NCBI GenBank assembly: GCA_012295275.1 | Contig: CM022676.1 | Span: forward strand, 11,656,001-11,720,000 | Length of the DNA: 64,000 nucleotides | Direction of reading: 5' to 3' | DNA from: Chrysomallon squamiferum | Lineage: Eukaryota > Animalia > Mollusca | In this document: positions 1 through 14,072 of the stretch, piece by piece | Position numbering within the stretch: the first letter of the stretch is position 1 | How the letters are laid out: each line of letters starts with the position of its first letter | The notes under the pieces: generated by a model | Database searches by the model: none | What the model was told of the DNA's origin: nothing | Seen by the model: only the letters and a program-made list of their open reading frames with translations | Translations under genes and position numbers: made by a program

Positions 1-484
1 ATTAATTTTGGAATTCTTTATTTAGTTTTGTATACATAAATGTGTTATTACGATAATAATATCATTGTAAGTCTGTTTGATTTAACAATTTGTGCTGTTT
101 GAAAAGCTAAGCAACATGTGAAAAACAAATTTAAAATATAATTAAATATTTGTTTTTCACTAATTTAAAAATAACAGTTTTTAAAAGTGCTTCTAAATAA
201 CATTTCAAAATAATAAAGCGATAAAAAAGAAAAAAGAATATAATTATAATAATAATAATTTGAGAAATAAAAAGAATAATGTAAAATTTGTTGATGAATG
301 CAAGCTGGACTTGGTCCCAATGGTTTCTATAATTTATCAGTTTAACAGAAGTGCAAAATAAACCAGGTGTTGAGACCGCATGAAAGGATTTAACGCGTTA
401 CAACATTGTCGCATTGCACCATAAAATTTGAAGCCCATCAAGCAGCTGTCACACGCATTCTAAAAGAGACTCTTCCTGTACCCA

Positions 485-574
485 TCATGCCTTGGGCTCA
501 TCACTTTCACCTTTGACCTCTGGGGTTTCAGTCAGAGGAGAGGTCTTAGGAGAAACTTCATTTTGTTTCTCAAC
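485..574 (-). CDS. NCAM: Terminal cytoplasmic exon ([29 protein letters not shown])
   Basis: ttgcag acceptor, phase 0, TGA at 487-485; TSPLTE and EPKA* resemble NCAM1 TTPLTE and ESKA*. Confidence 0.9.
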   Translation of the reverse strand, partial: VEKQNEVSPKTSPLTETPEVKGESDEPKA

Positions 575-613
575 CTGCAATTTAAATATAAATAAAAATG
601 TATTAAATAGACT

Positions 614-629
614 GAGAGAGAGAGGGAGG

Positions 630-722
<93 letters not shown>

Positions 723-764
723 AGGGAGAGGGAGAGGGAGAGGGTGTGTGTGTGTGTGTGTGTG
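614..764. repeat. (GA)n/(GAGAGG)n plus (GT)n microsatellite
   Basis: Seen directly; fills most of the last intron. Confidence 0.95.
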
Positions 765-787
765 TTTTAGTTAAGGTAAAATTATAC

Positions 788-890
788 CTGGTCAGTTTCA
801 GTTGGTTGTTCTATCAACAAGTCTGTAGGTTTCTCTTCTTTGTCTTCAGGCTCTTTTTCTTCCATCTTCTCTTCTTCTTCAGCTTTACCA
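788..890 (-). CDS. NCAM: Cytoplasmic exon 2 ([35 protein letters not shown])
   Basis: ttacag / gtataa; 103 nt, phase 2 to 0; acidic PEST-like. Confidence 0.88.
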
Positions 891-984
891 CTGTAATAAC
901 AATAACAATAATAAATAAATAAATAAATAAATAGTGTTTTCTTATATTTTAAAAGAAAAACTAATTTTGGGAAAAATAATAAAT

Positions 985-1271
985 GAATTGTAATGAACTG
1001 TAAATGTCACTGTAATGAACTGTAAATACTACTGAAATAGAACTGTAAATACAACTGTAATGAACTGTAAAAATTACTGAAATAGAACTGTAAATACGAC
1101 TGTAATGAACTGTAAAAATTACTGAAATAGAACTGTAAATACAACTGTAATGAACTGTAAAAATTACTGAAACAGAACTGTAAATACGACTTAATGATCA
1201 TAAAAATTACTGAAATAGAACTGTAAATACAACTGTAATAAACTGTAAATACAACTGTAATGAACTGTAAA
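985..1271. repeat. 45-bp minisatellite (aactgtaaatacaactgtaatgaactgtaaaaattactgaaatag), ~6 imperfect copies
   Basis: Unit recurs at 1041, 1086 and 1131; abuts the donor at 1276. Confidence 0.9.
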
Positions 1272-1276
1272 CTCAC

Positions 1277-1345
1277 GTTTCTTCGGGTGTGTCCTCTGAT
1301 TCTATTTTCACTTCATCCTTGGCAAGCAGCGGCTCCTTCCTCTCA
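1277..1345 (-). CDS. NCAM: Cytoplasmic exon 1 (SERKEPLLAKDEVKIESEDTPEE)
   Basis: ttgcag / gtgagt; 69 nt, phase 2 to 2 (skippable in frame); ERKEPLL resembles NCAM1 ESKEPIV. Confidence 0.88.
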
Positions 1346-1459
1346 CTGCAATCAGTTTGTAATATGTCATTTCATTGGTTGTTTTAACAATGCATTTTCT
1401 AACACGTTATTTCATTGGCTGTTGAATTAGTAACATAACAGCTCTTTGGTTATTTATCT

Positions 1460-1497
<38 letters not shown>

Positions 1498-1599
1498 TTT
1501 GCAATTTTATGATATTTATATAGAAATATGGTGGCTGAGGGTTACTGTATAGTTATTTTTTTTATTATTTCTGATTTGGTGGTATCCTCTGTTATATAA

Positions 1600-1663
<64 letters not shown>
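1600..1663. repeat. (AAT)n microsatellite
   Basis: Seen directly. Confidence 0.95.
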
Positions 1664-1855
1664 GTAAATTTGATACTGATCTATCAAAACTTCAAAATGT
1701 CAACATAACACAGTTATGATGAAAAAAACCCAGTGATTTCAAAGTTTGGTTAGAACTCAATTTTAAGCAAAAAAAAAAAAAAAAAAAAAAATATAATAAT
1801 AATAATAATAACTGGTTGCTATAGGCAACGTATTTTTAACAACACAATGACCCAC

Positions 1856-2045
1856 CTGTCTCCTGCTTCCAACGCGGATGCAGCCCCACCCGCTTCTCCG
1901 CCCCCTCCACCTACTTTGTGCTGCAGGAACCAGATGATGCCAGTTTGTTTTGTGAAGTACAGCGACACGTCAATGACAACAAACAAGATGATCAACACAG
2001 CAATGAGGATGCCGATGATCGCACCAGTAGCCAGACCTGCTTGTG
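1856..2045 (-). CDS. NCAM: Transmembrane exon (AQAGLATGAIIGILIAVLIILFVVIDVSLYFTKQTGIIWFLQHKVGGGGGEAGGAASALEAGD)
   Basis: atgcag / gtgggt; 190 nt, phase 1 to 2; resembles the NCAM1 TM (GLSTGAIVGILIVIFVLLLVVVDITCYF). Confidence 0.93.
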
Positions 2046-2169
2046 CTGCATTGAAAATAGTGCTCAATGAAACGATTTACTGATCGCGCTGGTATCACTC
2101 CACGAAACAATATAGTTCTCTTAGCATCAAAATATTATTTTTTATTTTACGTTTATATTATGGTAAAAA

Positions 2170-2207
<38 letters not shown>

Positions 2208-5200
2208 TATTAACATTTTACTAGCAATTTTAGAAACAAAAACAAAATTTTAAATAATAAATTTAAAACACGATATCACAATTCTGCAGTATCGTTCTCA
2301 GAACTAAAATGTATTTTTATTGTACTGATTAGTTTAATCAGATAAAACAATAAAAAAAACGTTTTAATGAAAATTTTCTTTTTACATTAGCCTTCAGTAA
2401 ATACGTCACAGTATTTAAAACAATGTATTAATAATAAAAAAGTTACGTCAGAGTTATGTGATATTAAAATTACATTGCAACAATATATTACTATGTAGCA
2501 GTGAATGGTTTATTACATTACACCGTTCTATAAACTAGTATAATAGCATTTTTGTTAAATAATAATAATAATAATAATGAACTGCTTCTAGAGAATATTA
2601 TATATCTACATTATAATATTAATATAACATACTGTAGGGAAGATCTTAAGTTCATAAATTATAATAAATTAAAAAATAACTTTAATATATATATATATTT
2701 CATAATAAAAAATACATCTGATGAAAAATTAATTATAATTAAATGTATATATTTTCTTGTTATTATTAATCTTTTTAACAAAACCTTTAAATACAGAGAA
2801 ATATTTGTTAATATTATTTTTTAACTTTAAGTTAATGTAATATAGAAATTAATATATATATCTATATATCTATATATGTTAAAAGACAACATGAATGACC
2901 ATCATGCAAATAACACCAGAAAAACCAAATAACTAAAAACAAATTGAACAATAAAAACAACAGAGTAAGCACAAAGTGACGAACACGAATGTACATATCT
3001 ATGTGTGCTGATGTGTGTGTGTGTGTGTGTGTGGTTGTAAATAACTAAGTTTTAATAAATAATAAATTCCAATTCAATCTGCAAACAACTAATAATAATA
3101 AACAAATATTTTAATATGATTCAGTTTGTAAGATAGGTGCAGGCAGGTACAAGACAAAACAAAACAAGCAAACAACAAATAAACAAAGCACACATGGTTA
3201 GTTGTGTTTACCATTTCCCACACCCAACAAGCTCAAAGCAAAAACACAAACATGCATGTTTCAGATTTGACAGTTGTTTTATTCGGTTCAAGCAGCTTGT
3301 TTTGCATTGTTATGTAGCAAAATAAAAAATTATACAAATTGTTATTTTAACAAGCTTGGAAGCAGAAGTGGAGCTCTTCATTAGTTTTGTTTTTCTCTGC
3401 AGTATCTCATGCTTTCACTCTTACTGTGGCTGGGTATGTTTTAGCCTTTACTTTTGTTGGAGCAAAATAATAATAATAACAATAACAATAATAAATTAAA
3501 TTAATTAATTAATAATAATAATAGCAATAATAATAGCAATAATAAAATAATAATAATAATAATAATAACAATAAAAATAATAATAATAATAATAATAATA
3601 ATTAGTAGTAGTAGTAGTAGTAGTAGTAGCAGCAGTAGTAATACCTACTGCATCATAATGTTAGTAAAAACAGCTAAAATATATTTTTAAAGTAGCTCTC
3701 GTTGTTTTGTATTGCTTTTCTTTTGTTTCTTTTTGTTTTTTTGTTGTTGTTTCATTCATGCTGGTTAGTGTGCCATGCTGACTGTTAAAAAAGCAGTCTT
3801 TGATGCATGTTTTATTTTATACTTTTAAACATTCCACTGAAAACGTTGATCTTCAAACACACTAATGATGATGATAAACCCAACTTAAACTGAGATGTAC
3901 GTGACATTGAATCATTTGTGAAAACTAATTTTTCTCCTGGCAATAATTATTGATTTTTGCAGACAATAGAACATTGCTTCCTTTGATGAACCAATCAAAT
4001 GTGGTTAGATTAGGAAATATTCAAGCAAAGACATTTTTCGTGACAATTCTGACATTAAAAATATGTCACAGGTTGACAATAAAATAATATTCATGTCCAC
4101 ATACATAACTTTGGTCTGGTGATATAAACGTTCTCAGTTCAAAATGAATGTTTGACAAATTTATTGTTTATCTGAATTATGGTGATCTTGAAACTACAAA
4201 ATTCGTAATGAATGTTTTATTTTGTATTTTTTTGAATTATAATTTATTTATTTATTAATTCTTCTTTTTACTTTTTGTTTGTTAGTAAATACTGATACAG
4301 TATATGTATAATCACAGATACATTAATCAGGAGTGGCTGAAAGTAATTTTGATATGAAAATAAAACAAGCAGTGCTGAAATATAAGCAACAGCAGCACAG
4401 TATGTCTGTCCATGTGTGTGTGTGTGGACAAATATGTTGCCTGGAAGAACATACAAACAGACGTTCATTTTGTTAACAATGCTAATTCTGACAAACAAAC
4501 AACAAAACATCGTTATCAATAAAATGTTTTTTTATGATTTTTCTTTTTTTTTTTAATTGGAACTGCAGACTAATGAGATTACACGAACATGAAAATGTTT
4601 TATTACCAGCAACTAAGCCTCAACACTCACAAACAACTACATTTTAATATCATAAGGCAAAAACTGTATTATGACTAGTGATAGTGCAAAAACAGAAAAA
4701 GAAATTTCTTTATATCTAATTTTACTGAGAATAAAAAAAAAAAAAAACAACATTTACATACATAATATATATGAATGTAAATATAAGTGTATACATAAAA
4801 AAAGTGAACTGATTTTCATAATAAAATTAAAGTTTGAAACAATTATTAACTGAATATACAAATGCTTTCTTACTGAACTCTTAACACAAATTAATTCAAC
4901 GCAATACAAACCTAAAGTTTAATTTCTTACCAAAGAATACAACAAAATAATTTTAAAAAAAAAAAATTCTAGTTAGATAAACTGTTCTACAAATTAGACT
5001 GACACTAAATAATATTTATTTTTCAAATGTTTCATGTCATTTGAACTATTAGAAATAACAAATATATTTGTCTGTTATTTTAATTAAAATAAATTTTTAC
5101 CTTTAAAGGTAAACCAATTTCTATTTTGGTTCAATGCCAAATGAATTTAATACAATGTTCACACATACACACAGAGATATTTCAATCTCTGAAGAAAGAA

Positions 5201-7675
5201 ATGATAGTATTTGTGCCTTCAGCATTTATTTTTAAAAAATAATAAATTAAAAATGAAGTGGAAGTTTGGGAATACAGACAAGCTTTATTTATTTATTTAT
5301 TTTTTTATTATTATTATTTTCTTCTTTCTATATTAACTTAAAAAATCTTCCAACATGATATTACCATTATATTTCAGAATTTATTACTATTATTATTATT
5401 ATTATTAATCAAACTTTTACTTTTCATTACAATATACTTATCCTTTAATCTGCTGTTTACTAATTTATCAAACTTCAGTAAAAATCACTGGTACTAATAA
5501 TGAAAAGAAACACTAGAGAAACTAAGACCAGTCAAACGTTTGTTTTGTTCTCATACATTGTTAGACAGCACACACAACTAACTAGCCAACTACTCTACAT
5601 AGCTCTTCACTATTGTACACGTCTAGTTCACACTGTACACTCAGTTCACATTAATGTAGTGTACAGTGGATTGTTTAGTTCACACTATCATATATGCAGA
5701 TGTGTTCTGTTCACATTTATGTATTGAACAATGGAGCATTTAGTTCACATTATATTATATGCAGATGTTTAGTTCACATTCAACTTACACTGTACACTAT
5801 CAAGATCATTTCACATGATGTATATTGGTACATACAAGTAGTTTCGGTTCACATATTGTACAGTATTGTACACAAAGTTTTACTGACACAATATACACAT
5901 GATACTGCACGCAGCTATTTAGTTCACATTGTACATTCAGATGAATGTATATGCTTCACCTTGAAAAAGAAATTTTAAGTTCTAGTTTCAGATTATTTTT
6001 GAGAGAGTAGTATTATTGTCCACACAAGTAGACACAAGCTCATTACTAACACCTATGTGTGATGTATTTGACACAAATGTTAAGCACAAATCACGTACTA
6101 CAAAGTGTTAGGCTAGAATAATACATGTATGTAATAGATTCTGCATTTACATGACAAAAGAAAATAAATGCTGCCAAGAAAGCAATACATTTTCAAAATG
6201 ATTTCAAAATGTCCAACTTGTGATGTTTTCAATAAGAAAAACAACTACAGAGTCAAATTGAAACTGGGTTGAAATTATATCAAATTTATTAATTTTGAAT
6301 AATCCTAAGATTATAAATATACCTATATTACTTTTCTTTATTTTATATATGTAACTACTATGAGAGATTTTCTATCATTATTTTTTCTCTGCTGCTACAA
6401 TTCTGTCAAACCTATCAAATACTTAATTTTAAATTTACTCAACTTTAGTCAATGCATTTTTCTAAAAAAAATTCTAATTTTCTATTTAACTTACTCTTAA
6501 AAAGAACATTTTGACTGCAAACTTTGCATAGATGGGAAAGAAAGAGACAGGTTATTAATTTAACATAGAACAGCTTCATTACTCAGTATGTAATATCCTC
6601 CACTTAAGATTTATCATTTTTAACTAATTATTCTTCTTCTTACTGTTACTATTATTATTACTATTGTTATTATTATTATTATACGTTATCAAATTTATTG
6701 TGTGTAAAAACTGTTCAATCTGTATCTAATATTTTAAATCAATATTTAGTTTGCTTTCACAGTCGGTGAAAGTAAGAAAGTGTTTTCTCTTTCATTATTG
6801 TCTGAACACACACATTTATTTACAGTCTGGAACAGAAGAAAAACCACTGCTACAAAGTACAGTACAAATATGGTAATCTTCAAAGAACAAAAAGTGAGCT
6901 AAGAGAAAACGAAACACCAAAGTTGAGCATTCTATCAATAATACGAGACAGCACACACCAACACTGTAATATACAAAAGCAATGCCATGGAAACAGCATA
7001 AGCTAATCAGTGAAATCAGCAGTATTGTTACTCAATTTCCCTGATTTTAATCATTGCAAATAGTCTACACACGTACGGCCATAAAGAGTTGTTTCCCATG
7101 TCATGAATTATCTCCCTCTTTTTATGACATAATATTTGTAAAGATCTGTTTTTCAGCTAAAACAGTCATCACAAATGCTGCTACAGCTGTATCCAAAAAA
7201 GAATAAACATTTTTCTTTTTCAGTTTCTTTAAAAAAATCAAATAAATTAAAATATAATAAAATTAGAAATAAAAGATGAAAAATCTATCAATGCATTCAT
7301 TAAAAAATAAAGGGTTGGCTTTTCTATTGTAAAATCTTAATCCTTATTTCTCTATCATCATCATTTACATATCAAATTCAATTAGAATGGGAAGGGAGGT
7401 AACTGCAGTTAAAGGATGGGTAGACAGTATAAACTGCTAAAACACAAGTTAGAGGGAGATAACTGATTTTAAACGAGAAGGGAGGTGATCTGTTTTAACA
7501 TCATAAGGGAGACAGCTAATATTTCAAGCATCAGTAAGGAAAGATAACTACAGTTTTAGAATGAAAAGGGAGATAAATCAGTTTGTGCACACGTCAGTTA
7601 CTTTGTATTACATTAGAAGCTGTTTTAATAAACAGATATAACAAATGTTCTACAATAATAATAAAATAATAATAA

Positions 7676-7714
<39 letters not shown>

Positions 7715-10007
7715 CTGAATGAGATAAATCAGTGTACAGATTTACTAACATAACTTACTATTTCAAACATGGAATGTAGCCAATATGTACATCACAGAAA
7801 TAAACAACACGAAACAAAACTTCAGACAGTCCTACAATTTAAACTAACCCTCAAGTCTAGTTCCAGGATCTTCTGCCTATCCTACTCCTACAAAACAGCA
7901 AGTTCGTTGTCTAAATCAAGTAACTAGAAAACCCCACTAAAACTAGCCCTTCGCACCAATCTGCTAGTCTTGAAAACCCAGTGTAGTTAGATTACTTCTC
8001 TGATTTACATTTACTTTAATAAAGTCTTATAGGTACTACAAATAAATTTATCCAAGAATGCATTTCCTACAATTTTGTATCCTTGAACTACAGTTTAAGC
8101 TCTACAAATCAATTTATATTCAGAACGAAAGCTCTCCAGATCAAATTGGTACCTAATGAAGTCTACAAGCAACTATTTCAACTATCAGAAATAAAAAATA
8201 AAAAATTTAAATTGTTTTTGCTCAGATGAGTACAAAGGCAGACTTGAACCTACTGACTCCTGACATTTAGCTCAGGTTTCAGACTTTGTCAGTTGGGAAA
8301 CAAGCCCAGTAGCATCGACAGACAGACCAGTGACTACACAGCACAAACTACAGCAACGGCGACGTGACTACGAACAAAGCAGTCACAGGATGAGATGATG
8401 AAATGGAATCATAAATGACCAACGTAATAAAAAATCAAAAAATCATTCACAACACAGAAGACAACACTTAAAAAAGAAGATATTTCAGGTTAAAGTTGTT
8501 ATTGTACTTGTGTTGTTAATGACAGTTAAAATGATGTTTACGTCTGTAACCAAGATGGTTACAAGTCTTTTTAAAATACATGTTACATACTGTTTTACCT
8601 TAAAGCAGACATCTTCAACTACAACAGCGTGAAGTTTATAGGTTTGTATTTTACTTTTTGTTCTTTACTAAAATGATTTCAAAATCATTCTAATAGTTTT
8701 CATTATTATATCATCTTTTTTTCTCTTAAATTTCAATTTTAATAAGCTTTCTAAAAACTAATAATAAAATGGTATCACACTGCCATTTTCTATTAGTTTA
8801 TACTTAATTAAGTTATATTGTCAGTTTTAATTAACTTACACAGTCAACATTAATTACAGTATCAGTATGAAATTATACTGTCAGTTTTAATTAAGATACA
8901 TTCAACACTAATTAAATTAGTGTATCTGACGTCAATTAATTCCATTGATTTGTGCTGTAGTCTGGTTAATTAGGTAACACAAATAATACCGTTATTTATA
9001 CAGTAACACAAAGCAAATGTTTTAAACACACAAACATTTAACACAACATCTATTTGTTTTTATACATAATATGCACTCTAATTGGTTTTATTAAAACATG
9101 AATTAAAAAAAAAAAGAAACTCAATTTAAACCTGATTTCTTTTCAATTTGCATCAAATTCTGATTAAAACAAATAAGAACTGAATTTGTAAAAACGGAGA
9201 TGAAATATTTGTGTTTATAAAATCAAAGGTGAAATGATAATTTGTACATTTTTTTTTTTTTTTTTTGATTTGTAAAACTGAACGCACATGAAGTGTATCT
9301 TTACCAAGCTAAGTAAATACATATAAAAAAAAATTTGATTAGTTTTCATTAATTAATAAAAAAAATAAAAAAAATAATAAAGAAATATTTCTCTGAAGCA
9401 CAAAAATCATAAAATAGAAGAAAAGAAATATAGCGCAAAATCTCGCAAAAGCCTGAATTAATGGAAATTCAAGTTTTTTTTCAATGATCAAAAGTTTCTA
9501 TCAAAAGTAAAAATATCATACAAGACAAAATAATACTCCAAAAGTATTATGCTAAATAAAATATGATTGTAGCTGATTATACAAGAAAACTATTGTAACG
9601 ACCATATACTGTATGTGCATAGTATTCTTGTGTACCTTCTATTGTATACAACAGTTTTCTGATGGTACAACTGCTGTATTATTAAATTTAATGACTATTA
9701 TGTATTGTTCACACTGTTAAACTGGTCAGTTTTAACAATTTACTTACTCTATTGCTATATATTGTATGATTTTGTACAATACAGCAGAAAAATGTATTTT
9801 ATAACTTAGCCCAACTTTATATATTGTATGAATTTTGTACAATACTGTACTTTAAAAAAAATATATATTGTTATGTCTATATAATGTTGTTCATAACATC
9901 ATATTAAATAACTGCCAAAAATTGCACTTCTAATTTTGCAGACAATTAATTACATAAAGCAAAGAATTGTATTTGTGTAACTAGTGTGTATCTGTATTGT
10001 ATAAAAC

Positions 10008-10258
10008 TGTGCATTCTTTAACACTGAATTATAAAACAGTGTATTGTATAATTGTATTTTATTATTTTTGTGATAAATTCAAAATGAATTATATTAATAT
10101 CAAATATCGTGAAAACTGTTACTTAATTCAAATTGTGCATTCTTTAACACTGTATTATAAAACCGTGTATTGTATAATTGTATTTTATTGATTCTTTTTG
10201 TGACAAATTCAAAATGAATTATATTAATATCAAATATCGTGAAAACTGTTACTTAATT
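10008..10258. repeat. Tandem duplication of ~125 bp (2 copies)
   Basis: tgtgcattctttaacactg...aatatcgtgaaaactgttacttaatt begins at both 10008 and 10134. Confidence 0.9.
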
Positions 10259-11327
10259 ACTTCGCTCACAACCAATGTATACTTACAGATTTTGTGATGT
10301 GAAAAAAGAAAACATCCAAAAAATAAAAATAAATAAATTTCTAAATAATACGAAATTATAAAATACTTTCCAAACAATTCATATAAACCCGAAAAAGTGT
10401 AAAAATTTAAAAATGTCTGTTTTTATGGTTTTTTTTCTCTGAATTCACACTTTTAGATAAACTGAATTTTTACTGCAGCTGAACATTTTGGTCAGTATGT
10501 TTATTTTATTTACTGAAGTTATTTCACCTGTTATGTATAATTTAAAATTATTAGCATTTGGATTAATATGTTTTTTTTTTTTTAAATTTTAGATATTATC
10601 TTTCATTTAAATTGCTGGAATGAATTAGTGTTATTGTGACCAACAAGATTAACTGTAACCATACAAAAAGAAGAAGACAAAGAAAAAAAAATGTCTTCAT
10701 CATTTTCTGTTTCTTTCCTCTTAATTTAAACAAAACAAAATTTACATCAAAAAATTCAGATTTCCTGCTTCAGATCAAACTACTGAGAAAAAAATAATTA
10801 AAATTCTCAAAAACGTTAAACTTTTTACAACCAAACAGTTACATGTATCAAATTCAAATAACACAAAACTTTTCAAATTGTAAAAACATTCACAAAAAAA
10901 CAAAAACAACAAAAATAAGTTGCCATTCTTTACAAGTGAAGATCATCACCTGATTGCAAAAATTCAAAGTAAATTTAAGAAAAAGAAATTATAAAAAACA
11001 CTTACAAAATCTTTCTCAATGAACAAAGTTAACATCCACCAAAATTTTTGTCTGACGTCAAACAATTTAAAAAAAAAAAATTAAAAACACAACATTTTTT
11101 TTTATCTGATATTCACAAAAAGTTCTTCAATCAAAAAAAAAAAAAAAAACATTCACAAAATGTTTTTTTGATGTAAGAGCATCTCACAAAGTCTTGTAAA
11201 CTGTGTTGTACTGAACAAGCCGGGGTGGAGTGGAATGTCACAATGTAAATGTTTTAACGCTGTACAACCAAGCTGTCATTTGCACACACGAAGAGCACTC
11301 TTCAGAAGGGAGGTAGATCTAGCGGGG

Positions 11328-11428
11328 TCACCAGTAGAGGGCGCTCAAGCATGCTGACAGAACTAGGGACGTCATGGCGTACACACTGACGTGGACTGAA
11401 GCAATGCCCCCATCCCCAACCTCGCCAA
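11328..11428 (-). CDS. NCAM: Alternative terminal exon encoding a GPI-anchor signal (VGEVGDGGIASVHVSVYAMTSLVLSACLSALYW*)
   Basis: Long poly-T tract plus ctcttttcag acceptor; phase 1; small-residue cluster DGG, spacer, uncharged hydrophobic tail, TGA. GPI isoforms are known for NCAM-120, Fas2 and apCAM. Confidence 0.85.
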
Positions 11429-11735
11429 CTGAAAAGAGGCAAAAAAAAAAAAAAAAAAAAAAAGTTTGTGAGTAGCAGATATTGGCAGGCGAGATCAAAC
11501 AAAACGAGAAAAAGAACGTGCAAGGTGACCAATCACAAACAGGGTTACAAAGTTTTAAATAGAAACCAATCAAAAATAGGGTTACAAAGTCTTAAAGAGA
11601 AATCAATAACGTTAAACAAATACGTCGTTTTCACTGGCCTTAAATATGAATTAACTCTTTTTATTCTTCTTTCTTTTAATTTATTTTTATTTTCTTGCTC
11701 CTCTTCAATCCAAATTCAAAACTGGGATATTATTT

Positions 11736-11769
<34 letters not shown>

Positions 11770-14041
11770 CTATATTTCTTTATCATCATCATCATCATCA
11801 TCACCATCATCATCAATTTTTTTTTCTTTAGGTCTCTATCAACATTCCAGTGTACTATGTTTATTTTTATTCTCTAACTGTAAGATGAAAAATCAAAGAA
11901 AAAGAAAATTAATTTCAATGTGCCGAACTTAGTTAATTACAAGCAAAAGTTTACATAATTGTCAAGCTGAATGTGATTGGGTACTGGTTAAAAGCAAATG
12001 AGTGAAAAAAAGTAATAATAATAATAATAAAAAACTGAAAAATACGCCACAATGATCACATATGGTAATGTATGCAGCAGCATGTACATAAATACTTGTG
12101 TGACAAGCAACACTATTTTAATATTAAAAAAAAAAAAAGTGTTTAAAACTTCTTTTGTGATTGCTAGTGTTAGTGAAACTTCCAGCTGTACAAAACAAGC
12201 TCTCTCCCATCTGAAAACTACTTTGACCATCTTCCAGTGTTAACTACAGAAACTTTCTCACATTATAAATATTAATGTTTAAACTATTTAATAGCATTTT
12301 CAGTGACTGCACATAATAAATTTATCTTAACAGAGTACACAGTACCAGCGTGCTTTGACTTCAGCTACAGATTTTAGTTTAAAAAGCTGTGTAGCTGTAT
12401 AAATCTACACTAGATCACATTAAGTCCATTGAGACAAAATTAACAATAATAACAAATAAACAAAACAACATATTTAAATTTCAAAAATTTTAAACTTCAA
12501 ATAATCTGTGTTCCATTTGAACAGTTATAAAAAATTTAATATTTACCTCACAAAATAAACAAAAATAATGAAAATATTAAATACAGAAGTAGCCAATAGT
12601 CTTTTTCCATAATTATGTTTTTTGTTCTTAAAAAATAAATTATTTTAATTCACATTAACAAAAATCTTAGCATTTGTAATATTCTTCTGAGATATTAACC
12701 CAAAAACAGTATTATTAGTAGTAGTTTTTTTATGAACATTTTGGAAAAAAATAAATCAAAATCAAAAGAAAACGTATAATCAGTATCAATTACAATATTA
12801 TTATACATAAAATATTTATCTTTGAATCATATATATATATATATATAAATAAATAAATAAAAATATAAATAAAAATAAATAAATAAAGGACTGCCCAGTC
12901 TGAAGGAAAGGAATGACATTTATTCTCTTACCAATAAATCATTTATCAAGCTGTTCAGTTAAAATAGAAAACAACATTAGAATTATAAATCCAACTTGCT
13001 TAAAATATTTAAATAAAACATATTATCTGAGTGTGTCTTGACATTTGGCTATGAGAAAAATACAAACTGATTATTACTATCAATTTACTTTTCATCAAGG
13101 AAAATTAATTCACCTACCTCAGATGTGGATTCATAGTAATGAATATTTACAAAGCAGAAGCAATTTTTTTTTTCAAAATTAATAAAAGCTTGAATATTAG
13201 CTTGTTCTTTATAGGTGCCTAATTAAATAAAACTCTGTTAATAAATAACACTGAAGCTATGTATATGCACTGTTCATGAAACAAACACATGCAGAGTGAC
13301 AAACAAAATCATGCAAACATCATGCCAACTAAACTGAACAAAACTAAAATGCTGGAAGAAGAGTTCTCAGTGGGCAGATAACTCCAGCATGCAAGGATTA
13401 AATCAAGTTGGTTGTACAGGTTAAAAACAGATGAATGATTCGATGAGAATGAAAACAAGTTTTTAAAATATTAATCTTTGTTCAGTGATAAAAACAAGTG
13501 TTTCAGTATTTGCAAATTATTTTACAACACTGACACAGACTCCTCCTACTCATGTTCAACCAGACTCCACCCATATACATGTCAATCACTGTCAATATTA
13601 TATTCCTGCCTACACACTATAAACACCACCCACTTTCATTTCAGCGAAATGTAAAACTGATGGATGAAATGTGTAACCATGTAAAAATACATTTAAAGAC
13701 ATGAATAAATGAATAAAATTTCTAACCATGTAAAAAAACATTAAGATGTTATGTAATGAATGAAATATGAAAGTAAAATGTACCCAGTGAAATGAGTAGA
13801 TATGGTGAATAAATTGTATAAATGTATGAAAATATTACATGATAATGTTTATGTACAACTACACACGTTGAAATGAATGTGAAATACACAGCTAATAACC
13901 TTAATATAACTTAATGTGAAAATAACATGTTAATGCTTAGCAGTTTTTCAGTAATAAATTGTAACTTGTGTAAGTGTAAAGAGATGAATGTTAATTAACA
14001 CGAGAGAGGAGAAACAGAAAGAGAAATCTGCCTGCCTGCAA

Positions 14042-14072
<31 letters not shown>

